From the NCBI GenBank assembly GCA_004022145.1, contig RCNU01000001.1: a stretch of 64,000 nucleotides of DNA. One strand, 5' to 3'. The notes below the pieces were generated by a model. It did no database searches. It saw nothing but the letters and a program-made list of their open reading frames with translations, and was not told the origin of the DNA. This DNA is from Paecilomyces variotii (taxonomy: Eukaryota). The position numbers and the translations under genes are program-made. Numbering within the stretch: position 1 is the stretch's first letter; every line of letters starts with the position of its first letter. This document shows, piece by piece, positions 23,925-37,275 of this stretch.

Positions 23925-26589
23925 ATGGATAATACATACCCCCCAGGCCCTGATCAGCGGCCCTACCCGCGTCGTGACGATAGAGACGGTCGCATGTATG
24001 ATGACCGTTCTCGCTCGCGATCTTACTCTCCTCCCACCGGCCGTCCTCGAGCTGCGGATCGTGGATATGGCTCGCCAGGCGGTATACCCTCCTCCCCGCA
24101 TGGTAACAGTCAGGTTTCCAATATGGAGATACTCGGAGGCTACACTCCTTAATTCGAGCTGGTACTGATTTCGTGTGCTTGGGTCGCAAAGACAACTCCC
24201 GGGCTCTGCCCCGTGGACCTGCCGCAGATAGGCGGCGTGATTATCCCAGAGAGAGGGAACCCAGGTCGGACTACTACAGAGGCAGAGATCGAGATCGCGA
24301 TGACTACCGTCGTCGACCGTCACGCTCCCCACCTCGCCGTGGGAGGGCCGGATACAGAGATCGCGACCGCGAAGGCTATCGCTCCCCAGACTATGACAGC
24401 CGCAGCAGAAGCTACAGTCGGAGCCGCAGTCCACGACGAAGCCGTCCATACTATGGCCACGAAAGCAAGGAAGTAATAATGGAAGGATTGCCGGTGGATA
24501 TGGTGGAAGAAGACGTTGGACAACTCCTTTCCCCCTCGCCCTGCACAGCCTATGCATTCTGTCGTTGCGACCACTAGCTGCGCTTCATCCCCCGAATACG
24601 TTCTTGATGGCAAATGGCTGAGATGTGGCTCGATGCGTTGGACAGATTTCGAATGAACTCACAGAGCAATATCACATTGAGGGACTTGAAGAAGTCAGAG
24701 TCATCCGCGACAGGCAGACTAGTATGTCTTAATTATGCTGTTTTGAGTGCCTTCGGTACTGACCGACAACAGAAATATCACGACAGCTGGGTTTCCTCCG
24801 ATTCTATAACGTGGATGATTCAAGAGCATTTCTCGAGCGCAATTTCCCTGCCATCTATCTATACGGCCCGAACCCCGACGCTGATGGTCGTGGCACTAGA
24901 GTCCGAATAGCGTACAGCAGAGAAAGAGAAGATCGCAACCGTGGCAGGGCAGAAGGCGACTGGCTATGTAATATGGTATGGAAATAGCTGAGCTATGATG
25001 TGGGATGATCCTGACCTTTCCCAGTGTGCCATTGTCAATTATGCAACCCGCCAGAGGTGCTTTCGCTGCCAAGCTCCGCGACCCGGTATGTGTTCTGAAA
25101 AGTAGCTCAAGGTGAAAGGAACTGACGTATTCAAGAATTCCCTGCAGTAGCTGTCCCTGATGCACCTCCTGAGCCCGTCCCCAACACCGGCGATAATGAC
25201 ACCGCGCCGGAGAACCAACCGTCGCAGTTTCTTTTGTTTAGGGGCCTGGAGACTTCTGTTACGGAAGAGCTGTTTGCGAAAGGTGTCGCGAAACTGTACA
25301 AGCCGCCAAGCACCACTTCCCAAGGAGCATCTTCCAGCCAAAAGAAAGGAGCTAAAATTGCCTCGACAACTGGCGACTCCAACCTAGGTGCCCGAGAAGG
25401 CTCTATCCGCCGTGTTCTGCTGGTGAGAGACCGTAAAACCAACGAAAGTTGGCGATATGGCTTTGCGGAATTTGCTACTGTCGAGGTACCGTTTTCTGCT
25501 TGGTATCCCATGATTGATTCACGACTGACTGGAAAGCAGGATGCGCAAGCTGCCTTGACCAGATACAATTCTTTTGAGAAATTTACCATTGCCTCGAAAC
25601 CGATCCTCGTAAGCTATATTCACGCTGGAGTATTCGTCCCGGTTCTCAATCCTACGCCAAGCACGGACAGATTTACGTTCAGTCCTCTGTCTAACCCTTC
25701 CATGAAACTGGCTTACTGGGACGAGGAAGGATACGTCACTGAGCTTACGGTATCGACGGCGGAGTTAGATACTGGTCGCGGAAAGTCCAAAAATGACCGC
25801 TCAACTGATGGTCACTCAAAGGCTACTAAAGATGCGGAGAAAGCAAAGAAGAGGAAAGCCGAGACAGCCGCCAGCACAGGCGCTAAGAAACTCGCTGTCC
25901 CGTCACATTTACAGTTTTGGAGCAACCGTCATGCTGAACTCCATGGGATCCAGAAAAAGGATGGAGAGGAGAAAGGCACTGGCGAGGCTTTGTCCAACCC
26001 TGCCTCAGAAGTCGGATCACCTGGGGAGGCTTCAGCTCCCCCAGCTCAATCCTACGCCGATCTGAATAGGAATTGCTGCTATCTTTGCATGCGGCAGTTC
26101 AAGAATTCTGCCGAAGTTAACAGACATGAGCGTCTGAGTCAGCTGCATCGAGACAATCTCCAGGATGAAGAGCTAAAGACGAAAGCGATGGGCAAGCTTA
26201 TGAAGCATGGGATCCAGCAGCCTACGCCAGAATACAGAGACCGCGCCAAGGAACGACGGCAAGCGTTTGGCCGCTCCAAGCAGCCCAGCAAAGCCAAAGC
26301 ACCCCAGCCGAAGGAGGAAGAGGAAGCCCCCGCCCCAGCACCGTCGAAGGGCGCTGCTCTTCTTAGCAAGATGGGTTGGTCTGCTGGTTCCGGACTCGGT
26401 GCTCAAGGAACTGGTGTCACTGCCCCTATCGCGACAGAGGTTTATGCGCAAGGCGTAGGACTGGGTGCACAAGGAAGCAAGCTTGGAGACGCTGCTGAGG
26501 AAGCTAACCGCAAAACGAGGAATAAGTATGATGAGTTTTTGGAACGAACAAAGGAAACCGCCAGGGAGCGGTATGAACGGCTGGGTTAG
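23925..26589 (+). CDS. RBM5/RBM10-like RNA-binding protein (RS region, RRMs, RanBP2 zinc finger, C2H2, G-patch)
   Basis: Approximate exons are 23925-24102, 24192-24514, 24646-24721, 24773-24975, 25025-25085, 25136-25485 and 25540-26589. Motifs are WLCNM/CAIVNYATRQRCFRC, YGFAEF, CYLCMRQFKNSAEVNRHERLSQLH and KGAALLSKMGWSAGSGLGAQGTG. Confidence 0.9.
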
Positions 26590-27113
26590 GTTTGCAAAGG
26601 ACAGATTTGTATCCCTTGTGTTTGGGAGTTCTCCATGTATAATAGTAACAGATGCTCTTTGATTCAATGATATCATGAGAGGAGTATTTCCCGCTGTCCA
26701 TACCTGAACGCCTGCAGATCCTTTGATGCATGTATCTGCTCTCGCCACACATGGTTCGCTCCCTCCTCGGCCAGACGTAAAGGAATAATGTACATCGAGA
26801 TGCAAAATGAACCTGTAGGACATGTGCCCTCCACTGTCCCTTCGAGGATTCGTAAAAAAAAAAAAGCGTCACAAGGCAGGCCAGTATGATAACGGGAGTG
26901 ACGAAACTCTACGAAGACGAGAGACTCCGGATTTCCAGGAGGCGTCAAATATCCCAAGACTGTGGGTATTTGCCAGCGATGTCAACCATCACCGAAACTG
27001 GCCGTACCCATCTCCCTCACAGAATCTGTGTCAAGGGACAAGATAGAGTCCCCTGCTGAACCCTTCGAGGGTATTTAGAAAAACCATAAACCCGATAAAA
27101 AGAACAACTCCAT

Positions 27114-27725
27114 CTACTCCTTTTTCTCCTGCACGTTCGCCTTCTCACTCGCGACCCTCCTCTCCGCCTCATCCTTCAAGTACTTTCCCAGTACATCACC
27201 CAAAGAATTCTGCAACCAGGTCTCAATCTCCTTATCCGTCTCATTATCCGTTGTCCCTTGTCCGACCCCAGCAACGGTCCCAGCGGCAACACCATAATTC
27301 CGACGCACATACTTCCTCAGATCCTCCGGCGAGTTCACATCAAGCGCATACATGACCATTCCCGTCCCCACCATTCCCAACGACAGTACATTAATAGTAG
27401 CGATACTGAACGCGTCGAGCGCCTCTAGTGCACCGTTGATGTCGGGCTTGTGGTATACGGAACTAGTGTAGTAGGGCGGTATCATGGCGGAGAAGCGACG
27501 GTGGAGAGCCCGCTTCGTGACAACTGTCGATATGAGAAAGAAGGAGAGGCCTCCGAATAGGATTCGGACGTTGTTGGGCACGCGGGAAGTGTTGGTCAGA
27601 GCGAGTGAGGAGGAGGCGGAGCGCGGGGAGGAGGATGATTGTTCATTTTGGTCGGAGGAAGAAGGTGGTGCTGGTGCGGTGGATATGCCGAAATAATCGG
27701 AAATTAAGCCTGCAAGGAATGGCAT
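27114..27725 (-). CDS. AIM11: Aim11-like two-TM mitochondrial membrane protein
   Basis: FGGLSFFLISTVVTKRALHRR...GALEALDAFSIATINVLSLGMVGTG recalls the AIM11 family. Good Kozak context (CAAAATGC). Confidence 0.7.
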   Translation of the reverse strand: MPFLAGLISDYFGISTAPAPPSSSDQNEQSSSSPRSASSSLALTNTSRVPNNVRILFGGLSFFLISTVVTKRALHRRFSAMIPPYYTSSVYHKPDINGALEALDAFSIATINVLSLGMVGTGMVMYALDVNSPEDLRKYVRRNYGVAAGTVAGVGQGTTDNETDKEIETWLQNSLGDVLGKYLKDEAERRVASEKANVQEKKE

Positions 27726-27767
27726 TTTGTATTATTTTTTTTTTGTTTGTGTCGTCTCGATGAAGAT

Positions 27768-27856
27768 TGTTCTGTTCTGTTCTGTTCTGTACAGTAGAAA
27801 AGAGCGAGGCGGGGATCGAGTAAAGAGGTTAGACTAGGTAGGTAGATAGGTAGGTA
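27768..27856. repeat. (TTCTG)n and (TAGG)n simple repeats upstream of the AIM11-like gene
   Basis: About four TTCTG units and about five imperfect TAGG units are visible. Confidence 0.7.
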
Positions 27857-28209
27857 AAAGGACGTTGCACTGCAATCGTATTTCCTCGGCGAAAAAGCTT
27901 GCTCAACCCCTGTCACCGGATAAGATGCTCCCCTGTCGAAAATCAAAACAAAGAAACGAAAGACGGTCGCGAAATCGCTTCAATTCTTCCCCTAAATCTC
28001 CAGGCAACAGAGAGAGTGCGTATCCCGAAATATTTATTGAAAGCGGAGCTCGCGGAGAAAGCTCGGCACGTGATCTTCTGCGGAGTTAAGGCTGTAAGTG
28101 ATCAAGTTACTACTATTATTACTAACTAATAGTTACATGCACCAGATGGGGTGTAGGAAAGCTTCAATATCAATATTTATTTCATTGACGTCGCTCGACA
28201 TCTGCAGCA

Positions 28210-29076
28210 TCACTGCCAAAACATAATGTTACAGGAACTGCCAACCCCATCACCAAATACATGCAGAGAGGACTCCAGCACCATATCAACATGCTACTCA
28301 GCGAATGGGCCGAGTATAGCGCGTCCATCAGAGAGGCCAATGAGATCATTATGGGAAGCATATTTCACCTTGGCAAAGTCAACATAGATTTCACAGATCT
28401 GTCCGTAATCCGCCCGGTGCAGCTCCCGGAGCATGGTCTGCTCCATTTCGGAATCCCCCTCTCCCAAAGACTTGAACAGGAAACAAAGCCATGGATCGAA
28501 AACGTTCTATTTCAGGTGCAAATCCCTAGGAGTCTGAGAGTGGATGCAATCCCGCATCTGTCTGATGTCGTCGAGTGTCGGGACCTTATGTGCGAGATTG
28601 TTGATCACCTCGTATTGCATAGTGAGATTCACGACGTGGACTCGTTTCGCATTAACCCAGCGGTCGATGAGCCGTTTTCCTTCATCTAGGAGACGGTCCT
28701 CGTAGACTCGGCTTTCGATGAAGCCCGGATCAGCCAGGCGCAAGGGGAAGGAATCGTTCAGCTCGGGGATACTCCTCGCTTCTCGACTGACAGATAACGG
28801 AGGCTGCAGGTATACCTCTGGGCCTCGTAGGTTGACGGCTAGCCGGACACCGAGAAAGAATTTCAGAGCATGGTCGAGTATTCGGTCCTTCGTTGAGTGG
28901 ATGGGTTCGCCAACACAGTGGCACATCGTGATATCTCGGACAGAAGATAGTTCCGCTTGCGTAGCCCTATCTAGCATGTCAGAGTCGAGTTTGTGTAGGA
29001 ATCGTCGTGATACCTTACTTCAAATATCGACTGAGATATAGCTCTGTCGTTGTAGGCAAGCTATTTCTGTTCCCTA
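28210..29076 (-). pseudogene. Decayed gene of unknown family
   Basis: One reading frame stays protein-like across stops at 29020-22 (TGA), 28507-09 (TAG) and 28294-96 (TAG): ...ISVDI*SKVSRRFLHKLDSDMLDR...DLHLK*NVFDPWLCFLFKSLGEGDSEMEQTMLRELH...FAE*HVDMVLE... Confidence 0.5.
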
Positions 29077-31123
29077 TAAGAATGAAACCCCCTGAGATGC
29101 GTCAAGCACGTCCGATAGTACTAGAGGCGATATCGACGGTAGAGACGGCAGTGTCAGGGAGGATAAGCCAGCTAAGCTTTATAAAAGAGACCTGGAGGTC
29201 TTGCTGTCTGTTTTCACAATGCTTCCATTCAATATCTGCTTTGTTCAATATCCTATCTCACGTAGAACGGGGATGATGGGGATACACAAATGGTGTTGAG
29301 CGGATAGGGACGAGATTGAACGGTCGCATAACACTTCAAGATTCTTGAAGTCAGCTCCAGGACACTTCTTTGTTGATTTTCTTGCTGTTTCCATGGTGTT
29401 GTGTCCAATATCGGACGACCCCGTGACTTCAGGAGAGGGTTAAGCGCCATTTTCACAAGTTATTATTGGGGATTTAGCTTCACACAGACATCTGATTCTT
29501 GCAGATACAAAGGAAAATTGCTCTTTAATAATGATATTCTATGAAGAGTAGACTGAAGTTGATATCTTTGTTAGAAACTAAACCTAGGTAATGTGGTCAG
29601 AGTCTGAACCAAGAGAGTCCTCGCTGATAGGTATTTATACTGACATGTGACAATCTCTACAGGAAAATGAGTTCATACCTCACATAAACATAGACATATT
29701 CTATATCCATTGAAGGAACAAATTGTGTTTCCTTGACCTGAGACGAATAGTCTATAGGGAAGCGTGGTACTGTCCAGACACTGGGTCCGAATCGTCGAGA
29801 GTACTAATATCCCCGGTATAACGAATTGCAAGAGACAGATTGGGGACTAGTCTATCAGACCCTGGTAGCAGAGGCGAGGCAATATATTACGTCGCCATCA
29901 TTGAGCAAGGTGGTCCCGATTGTCTATCTCAAACGGATCAGGATAATAACAATCAAGGGATAGATAGGTTAAATCGCATGGTATCCTCGTCTGCTAATGA
30001 TCTTGGAAGAGTTTATTAGCAGATTTCCTGAAAGATAAGGTAAATCCAGCGCTGGATCTACTATTAGATGAAGAAAACATGCGATCAGAATAGGCTGCGG
30101 AAACGGCGCTTAGAAACATATCATCCATTAGCGCGGGACCAAATCATGGCCAAGGATATTAATTGTCCCTTTGGTTGACGCCGCAGTTAATGTTGTGAAT
30201 ACCCAAGGCTACAAGTGAGCCAAATCCCCGCCAATCGGGCCCCGTGCAGTATGCGGTGCCCGAATCCAAGTATGGCCTCTCAGGATGCCACGTCGAGACA
30301 GTGAAGCCCTGAACAATTATGTCTTGAATATAGACACCAGTTGTGAATCCCAAATGATCGTAAGTGAGGCTGAGCGATTCCTTGTGAAACTAGTATCTCG
30401 ATAGGAAGTGCATTAGACCCAGCGTCAATAAATGTGGAATCAAGACTGAAGAAACGCTAGGGTTGGTACCTAGGTAGGTACCTAGTTAGCAGTTCTCGAG
30501 ACTAGCTCCTGTCATGATATCACACGAAACTGGATGGGATACATTCAATACGAATTCTGATTTAACAGAGATCTTCTGAGACAGCATGGGTGGATGGAAG
30601 TACTTTTAGAGCAGCGAAAATGCCGGAGGCTGGTAGAAGAGGTGTTTTGGGCCCAAGCGATCCCATACAGTTAAGGTTGTTTTAACCAAGTTTTAGCTGG
30701 CGGAGATGGTGGAGCTGCTCGCCTCGCCCTACGGATTATATACTTACTTAGGCCGCTAACTAGCTGGTACTTCGGCGTTCATACTCCTGCTCTAGAGTCT
30801 AGATAGGCTTCGCATCGCAACTTCATATAACTAATAATAGCAGCTAACTGAAGCCTATTTTCTCCATGAAGCGACTAGGAGCGGCCCGTCGAATGAACCA
30901 TGGGCGCACACTGCCCCGTTTCCTTGCGTTCGCCAGTTGGGAGACAGCTTTATCGGGTGGCTGGGAATTGTTGTCTTCCAGCCTCCCTGCCAGCCTCCTC
31001 GATATCGCACAACGTGACCCCAGCAGTTAATATCTCCCATCGGACGCACTGTTCCGGAATGTCCATCATGACATTGACAGTACCGTGGTTCGAGTCCACA
31101 TTCCTCTCGTCTTGACGGACGCC

Positions 31124-33586
31124 ATGATCACTCGAGGCGGTGCCAGTCTGAGAACCGTCAACTGTAAGTAGTCGAAAGCTTGACTGGAAGTGGTGATAGC
31201 TGACAATGTCGAAGCAAGCAAACCTCAATTATCACATTCAGAGTCACGGCAGTCTGTCGCAGCGTCGGATGATTACTACTCGTTTTCAGATCAGTCATCC
31301 ACGAAGAGTAGTGGGAGTAAACTCACGGTGGTCCAATACGCGACCCCGCAATCCCACAGGTCGCGGGAGCCGTCACCTAGTCTCCCTCCAACAGCGGAGG
31401 AAGAAGAAGAGATGACGCCCAGGCAACCTGGGAGAGGAATACGCGATGCGGAGATTCGACGTTCAGGAGCATTGAGTGACGCCAAAGTATCAGAGACCTG
31501 CTCTAGCCCGGATAATGCCATCCGCCCACCAGGCACACAGGACATACCGTACATCCGGTTCGCAATTGAACAGCTGACCAGGGATGAAGAGGTCGCCGGG
31601 GTAGGCAGGCAGAACTCTACGGTCAGCACTGACTACCCTGGCGAACCGTTCGTTGGTGATGGGAGCTACTTTTCCCGCACTCCTGAGCCCTCGAAAGAAC
31701 CACCAAACCCTGGCCCAGAACGGCCTCCGAGTTCACAGAGTGAGAGATCGGATATCGGAGACTTGTTTCTTGCAGCAGAACAACCGGACGACAACCTATA
31801 TCCGTCTCTCGATTATGTGCCAGTAGTACTACGACCGTGGGCACTGGCTGCAGTTATACTGTGTTGTCTACTCATGATTACAGGAGTAGCGTTCTGTAAT
31901 GCATGGTCGCAGCGACATGATGGCTTGTGGGACTACGATGGGGTGGGAACTGCACGATATTTTGTGTTCCAGTTTCTCCCTCAGCTCCTGGCCGTTTTGC
32001 TCATTATCTGGATCTTCGTCATTCAAGCGGCGGTATACCGCACAATCCCTTTCTCGATGATGGCCACTGAACGGCAGCAAGATAGTGTCTTGCAAAAGCT
32101 GTCGATCTTACCACGGAACTTCCTGCTTCCTGATTTCTCGCACTTCAGGAATGGCGAACTCTTGATAGGAGTTTCTCAGTTTATCATCTGGCTTACGAAT
32201 TTCTTTGCGATACCCCTACAGTCATGTCTTTTTCAGACTAAGCACTATACTATCGGCGGGCGAGGTGTATGGCGATGGGTTTCAGTGCAACCCGTGGGCT
32301 GGACGCTGGTGGCTGTTTATGCGTTAGTCACTATAGCGCTACTACTGCTCATGTTCAGATACTGTCGAAGCTGGACGGGTTTGATGTGGGATCCAGTCAG
32401 CCTGGCTGACCTCATTCCACTCATCCAGAGGTCCAATATCCTCCATGATTTTGAGCGATCGGAAACTGCGCGAGCAGTCAGAGATGTGGTGACTCCTCGG
32501 TGCCTTAGACTTGGTTACTGGCGAGCATCTGATAAGACAGATGTATTCTATGGCATTGGCGAGGAACATGCCCCCATTCGGAACCCTTCTCTCCATGACT
32601 CGAACAAGTCCAGAGAGAAGCAGCCTGACCTGCTCCCAGGTCTAGAAGAGCAGGGAGGCATGTCGAATGATAGTTTCCAGGGGAATCTCCACTCGCCTGC
32701 CGTTCGATATAGATGGATGGTCTGGTTTCTCAGGGATTCGAGCCTTATCGCGTGGACTCTCATCGTGTTTGCCCTATTCATCGCATTTGTGGTGGTCAGC
32801 TTCGTTAACGATGCTATCCCGACCGGCTTCGTGCCTCGTCTCCCAACGTTGGCTTCTGATGATGGGTTTTCGGCGTCCAACTTCCTCTTCAGTTTTATAC
32901 CGGCATTCATAGGAACCTTTCTGTTTCTTGCATGGCAGCCTATCGACGTCTATTTCCGTGCGCTACAACCTATTCTGGAAATGTCATCTCCCGAAGGTGC
33001 AACTGCAGATAACAGTCTACTACTGTCTTACCCGGCTGATCTTCCGCTCGCTGTAACACTTTCTGCGTTGCTCGCGAGACACTGGAAGGTGGCTTGGATC
33101 TCCTTCATGAGCGTTGCATCTCTGGCTATTCCAGTTCTATCCGGCGGTATCTTCATAGCTCTGTGGTACCCATCAGAAAGCAAGGTGCGGATCACCGCCT
33201 GCCTACCAGCCTTCTATGCCCTCGTTGCATTCTGTGCTCTATACACGGTCTCCTTCCTTGTTATTTGGCCAGGCCGTAAACGGTACTTGCCACATGACAT
33301 CAGCAGCCTAGCGGACCTTCTCAGTTTTCTTTATCAGAGTCCTCTTCTAAGCGACAAGCTGCTTCGTGAACCCAGGACCAAAACCGACCTGGTGACACGA
33401 TTGATCATTTCTCCACCCGGCGGGAGGGAGCTTCCTCGATATGGATTCGGGGTGTACCGTGGCCGCAGCAACTCCAAGGAACATTTAGGCATCGATCGCC
33501 TTCACAGACCGGGCAGGCCTGACATGCTCATAACGACCGCGACTATGAAGTCTAAGAGGGCGTCGTTACTCTCAACTGGATTCTAA
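31124..33586 (+). CDS. Multi-pass fungal membrane protein (DUF3433-like, duplicated TM module)
   Basis: Exon 1 is 31124-31163 (MITRGGASLRTVN), followed by a GTAAGT...GCTGAC...AAG intron (31164-31214) that joins in frame to the long ORF. It has two modules with FQFLPQLLA / FSFIPAFIG..WQPIDVYFRALQP, plus WDPVSLADL and HDISSLADL. Confidence 0.82.
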
Positions 33587-34267
33587 GCAAGCCAGAGTTC
33601 ACAAAGAATGATCCCGGCCCACCTTTGTCTCTTCATTGTTTTACCAACACCACATTGCTACCTCCTCGAGTTCACGATCTCGTCCTTCTTATTTGCATTT
33701 ACGCACATTACGAAAAGCAACCACGTCTTGTTCACGACTAAACGCATTCACGACAATGTAACGATACCAATGGGTTACGATTATGCTTTTCCGGGATACG
33801 TACCCCCGCTTAATTTACATAATGTCTTTTTCTTTCTATTTCCAGTATTTCCTCTCTCTTTTTCTATTTGTCTATAGCCTGCTGTTTTCTTTTCCATTTC
33901 ACATAGATCATACATACAGGCGTCTATGGTAATATCGGTCTCGGAATATTTCCCTTATATGTTCTTCTCTGGATGTTGATGTTGTTATGCTAGGTAATGT
34001 TTTCATGGGTTAATGAATACGACTACTCACGAGGGACGAAGATTTACGAATGCTCGTTCTTATGTTTTATTAGGAGGTCGTTATTGGTGCTTTTTCCAAT
34101 AAGATAGTAGTACATACCAACACAGAGCTGTAAGATAGATCTTCATGAACGAGAATATATCTCACAAAACGCAGTGTATAAAAATTTCTATTCTCTCTAG
34201 TGATGGCTTCGTCAATCGTATCCTATGCACATATCTATCTATATACAAGCCTGGTCATAACTCATAC

Positions 34268-36490
34268 TCATAGCTGATGATCCTTAATCAACAGCGCCAC
34301 AGCAGATGCGAGCAGGGACCAGCATAGAGACATGACTAGGCAGGTACTGTTAGTTCTGGTTCGTTTGGTATTCTCAAAGTAGATACGTATGTTATGACGG
34401 TACTTACTATAAGTATGCTTCAAGCCAGAGACGTAACAAGCAATGACAACCTCTCTGAGATGTCCTGTCAGATTGGATATATAGTGAACATCAGAGGTGG
34501 CTCGTTTGATGATCTGTTTCCTCCATCAGTAAGTAGTGTATCAAAACATGAGCCCCTTCCATACGAATAGGCGAACATGGACAGGACAAAGATGGGATAT
34601 AATCACTAACCTTCCTCGCACCGGGCCCACTAAGATTCCTCTCCAATTGCTTCTTAAACTGGATTCCCAGCACCGTATTACTCGCCGTAACACCACCGGT
34701 GACACCCAGATTGAGAAAGAAGAAGAACCCGCTCGTCGCCATAGCCACATCCTTCGCTTCCAGCATAGATGTCATACTCACGAACACTCCCGCGCCTGCG
34801 ATTCCAGTTCCGAACCCTCCAGGGACGATATATAGTGATTCCCAGACGTTCGTGTGTCCGTTCCAGCGGAAGAAAAGAAGCGTGTAGGTCACGGATGCGA
34901 TTAGACCTGCGCTCACGATGAGGAGTTTGTACCTGCCTGTTCGTTTGATGATTGCACCGGCTATGAGGCCGCCGATTGCGTTGCCGATTACAGCTGGGGA
35001 GAGATGTGCTCCTGCATTAGTGGCGGATGCGTGTGCGGTGACTTGGAAGTAGAGCGGGATGCAGAACATCATGCTGACTTGAGCCATGATCTGGAGGGCC
35101 ATCACGACGTAACTTGCCGCGACGTTGGGTTGGCGGATGATGCGGAGGGAGAAGATGGGTTCTCGAGCAACGTAGGCTTCGACGAAGATGAAGGCGAGGA
35201 AGAAGATGATTGTGGATAAGGATAGGATGATGGTGTAGATCGATAGCCAGGGGAACTTCTGACCGCCGAGATCGAGCAGGAGAATACCGGCAGAGATGGA
35301 TATTGTGAGACATGAGATTCCGAGGAAGTCAATTCTGCGCAGCTTTGATCGTGAGGATGAGTTTGGGTCGGTTTCTGCTTGGTTGTCGTGATGCGGTGTC
35401 TCGATGCGAAGCTTGGCTGCGACGAGAAGTGCAGCGAGACAGAACAGGATGGCTTGAATGAGGAACATCCTGATAAGTTCTTAGCATGTACAGTCCATGG
35501 AATAGATTGAGGTATTGGATTAGGAGGCATACCATCGCCATCCGATCGTGTCTGCTAGCCAACCACCTGTTGGTCCTCCGAGACTGCGGCCGAGAGTCAT
35601 TGCGATGTTGATGTAGGACCTCCATGCTGCGATATCTCTTTTCGGGACGAGATCTAGATATGGAACGTTTAGTTTCCGGGTACAGCAGTGAATCTTGTTG
35701 GGTTGTACCTGTGATGATGACAGAAGCGACAGTGAGTGTCCCTGCTCCTCCTATGCCGCTGATGGCTCTCCCAAGGATGATGTGCCACATGCTATATCCT
35801 CCAGCACTGTCCACACATATCATTAGTGATGCCACGGGCTTGTAGAAGCATGTATCAGTCACATACCTCACAATACATCCGACCGCGAAAAAGGAATAGG
35901 CGAATAGAAGAAGAGCTTTTCGCCCGTATATATCGCACAGCTTTCCGTACTAGATGTATCGGCGTCGTCAGTCATGTTCAGAGATCAGTCTGAAGTCTAT
36001 AAGATATATACTTACCATCGGTTGAGCCACAAATACGCCCATTCCATATGCCGTGGAGAGCCAGTTTGCATCTTGAAGGCTGCCAAATTCAGACGATATC
36101 TTGCCCGCCGAGGCATATAGAAGCGTAGTATCTGCATTGGCGATGAATTCCCCTGAACGGTATGACCAGGATTAGTGCTATGGAAATTTGGAGTCATTTT
36201 CGATCAAATAGCATACCCAAAAGAAGGACTAAAGTGACACTTATGATATTCGTGAGCGTCTTTCCGTTATCTGCACTGTCCGGTCGAGGCAATAATGCGC
36301 TTTCTGCATCGCTGCGACTTGATTCCGAGCTCTCCGAAGTAAATGAACTAGATAAACTCGACGACTGCTGGATGGATTGATATGACGATTGTCTCTGTAC
36401 TTTATTATCATCATTTTTCGAGATACGCAGAGGCGTGGTTTCATCCACAGCCTCTTTAGGGCCGCCACGGGCATTATTGACAGCTACCAT
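34268..36490 (-). CDS. MFS transporter (14-TM DHA2/Vba-like), multi-exon
   Basis: Motifs FIANADTTL, PM/YGKLCDIYGRK (motif A), IILGRAISGIGGAG, LGRSLGGPTGG, RIDFLG and IKRTGRYK. The last exon ends LLIKDHQL* at 34268. Confidence 0.9.
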
Positions 36491-37089
36491 TCCGACAGAC
36501 GGTCAAGGAATACAGCCAGAAACTCATACTCGTCAAAAAGAATCGATATGCAGAATATGTCCGCTGTGGAATTGATAAGGTACGATATAAACTAGCACTG
36601 GCCTCGAACAGTCATACACCGACTAGGAAACCTTCGAGGAGTACCTGTGGCCGTCCAACCGAGCTGTGTCGGTCTGCTGTCATCCATTTCGGGAGCGCAG
36701 GTTGCATTTAACTTGCCCTGAACGAACAGCTAGAATCTACGACAATCTATGAGTGGCTGTATGGCCGCCACCAAGCACGCCATCGTTGGCAGATAGCATG
36801 GAGGGCGTGCCTGGACGAGTCCGTGGTTCCGATGGAAATATCCGACAAGGTACAATAATAGTGAATAATGGGATAATCCAACGATATCGATATGGTTCCT
36901 ATACAAAGTTCTATCTAACCGAGAGATCCGAAACGCACCTGCCTTAAGACTTGAACCCGTTCCTGTATTTTGAGTATCTCAATAACTACCTACACTGCAA
37001 TACCCTAACGACACTCATGTTCTCTCCTAAAAAGCTGCCGGATAAACATTACAAAGCCGTTCAACCTCTCGCACGCCAAGATCTCACGG

Positions 37090-37099
37090 ATGGCATCAT
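37090..37099. promoter_or_regulatory. Putative CYS-3/MetR sulfur-regulator binding site
   Basis: ATGGCATCAT is a perfect match to the CYS-3 consensus ATGRYRYCAT, about 180 bp upstream of the arylsulfatase ATG. Confidence 0.6.
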
Positions 37100-37275
37100 C
37101 TGCGGCTACAATACGTGATCGAGGATGCTCCACTGCGGTTAGTGTGCGCATCGGAGCACGAGCCAGAGTGTAGCTCGTGGGCTGCAGTTTAAGACCGAGC
37201 TCCCGATAGTTAACTATCATCGGTACCGTGAGCTTAGAAAGACATGTTGAATCGAAGATACAGCAGACATACAAC

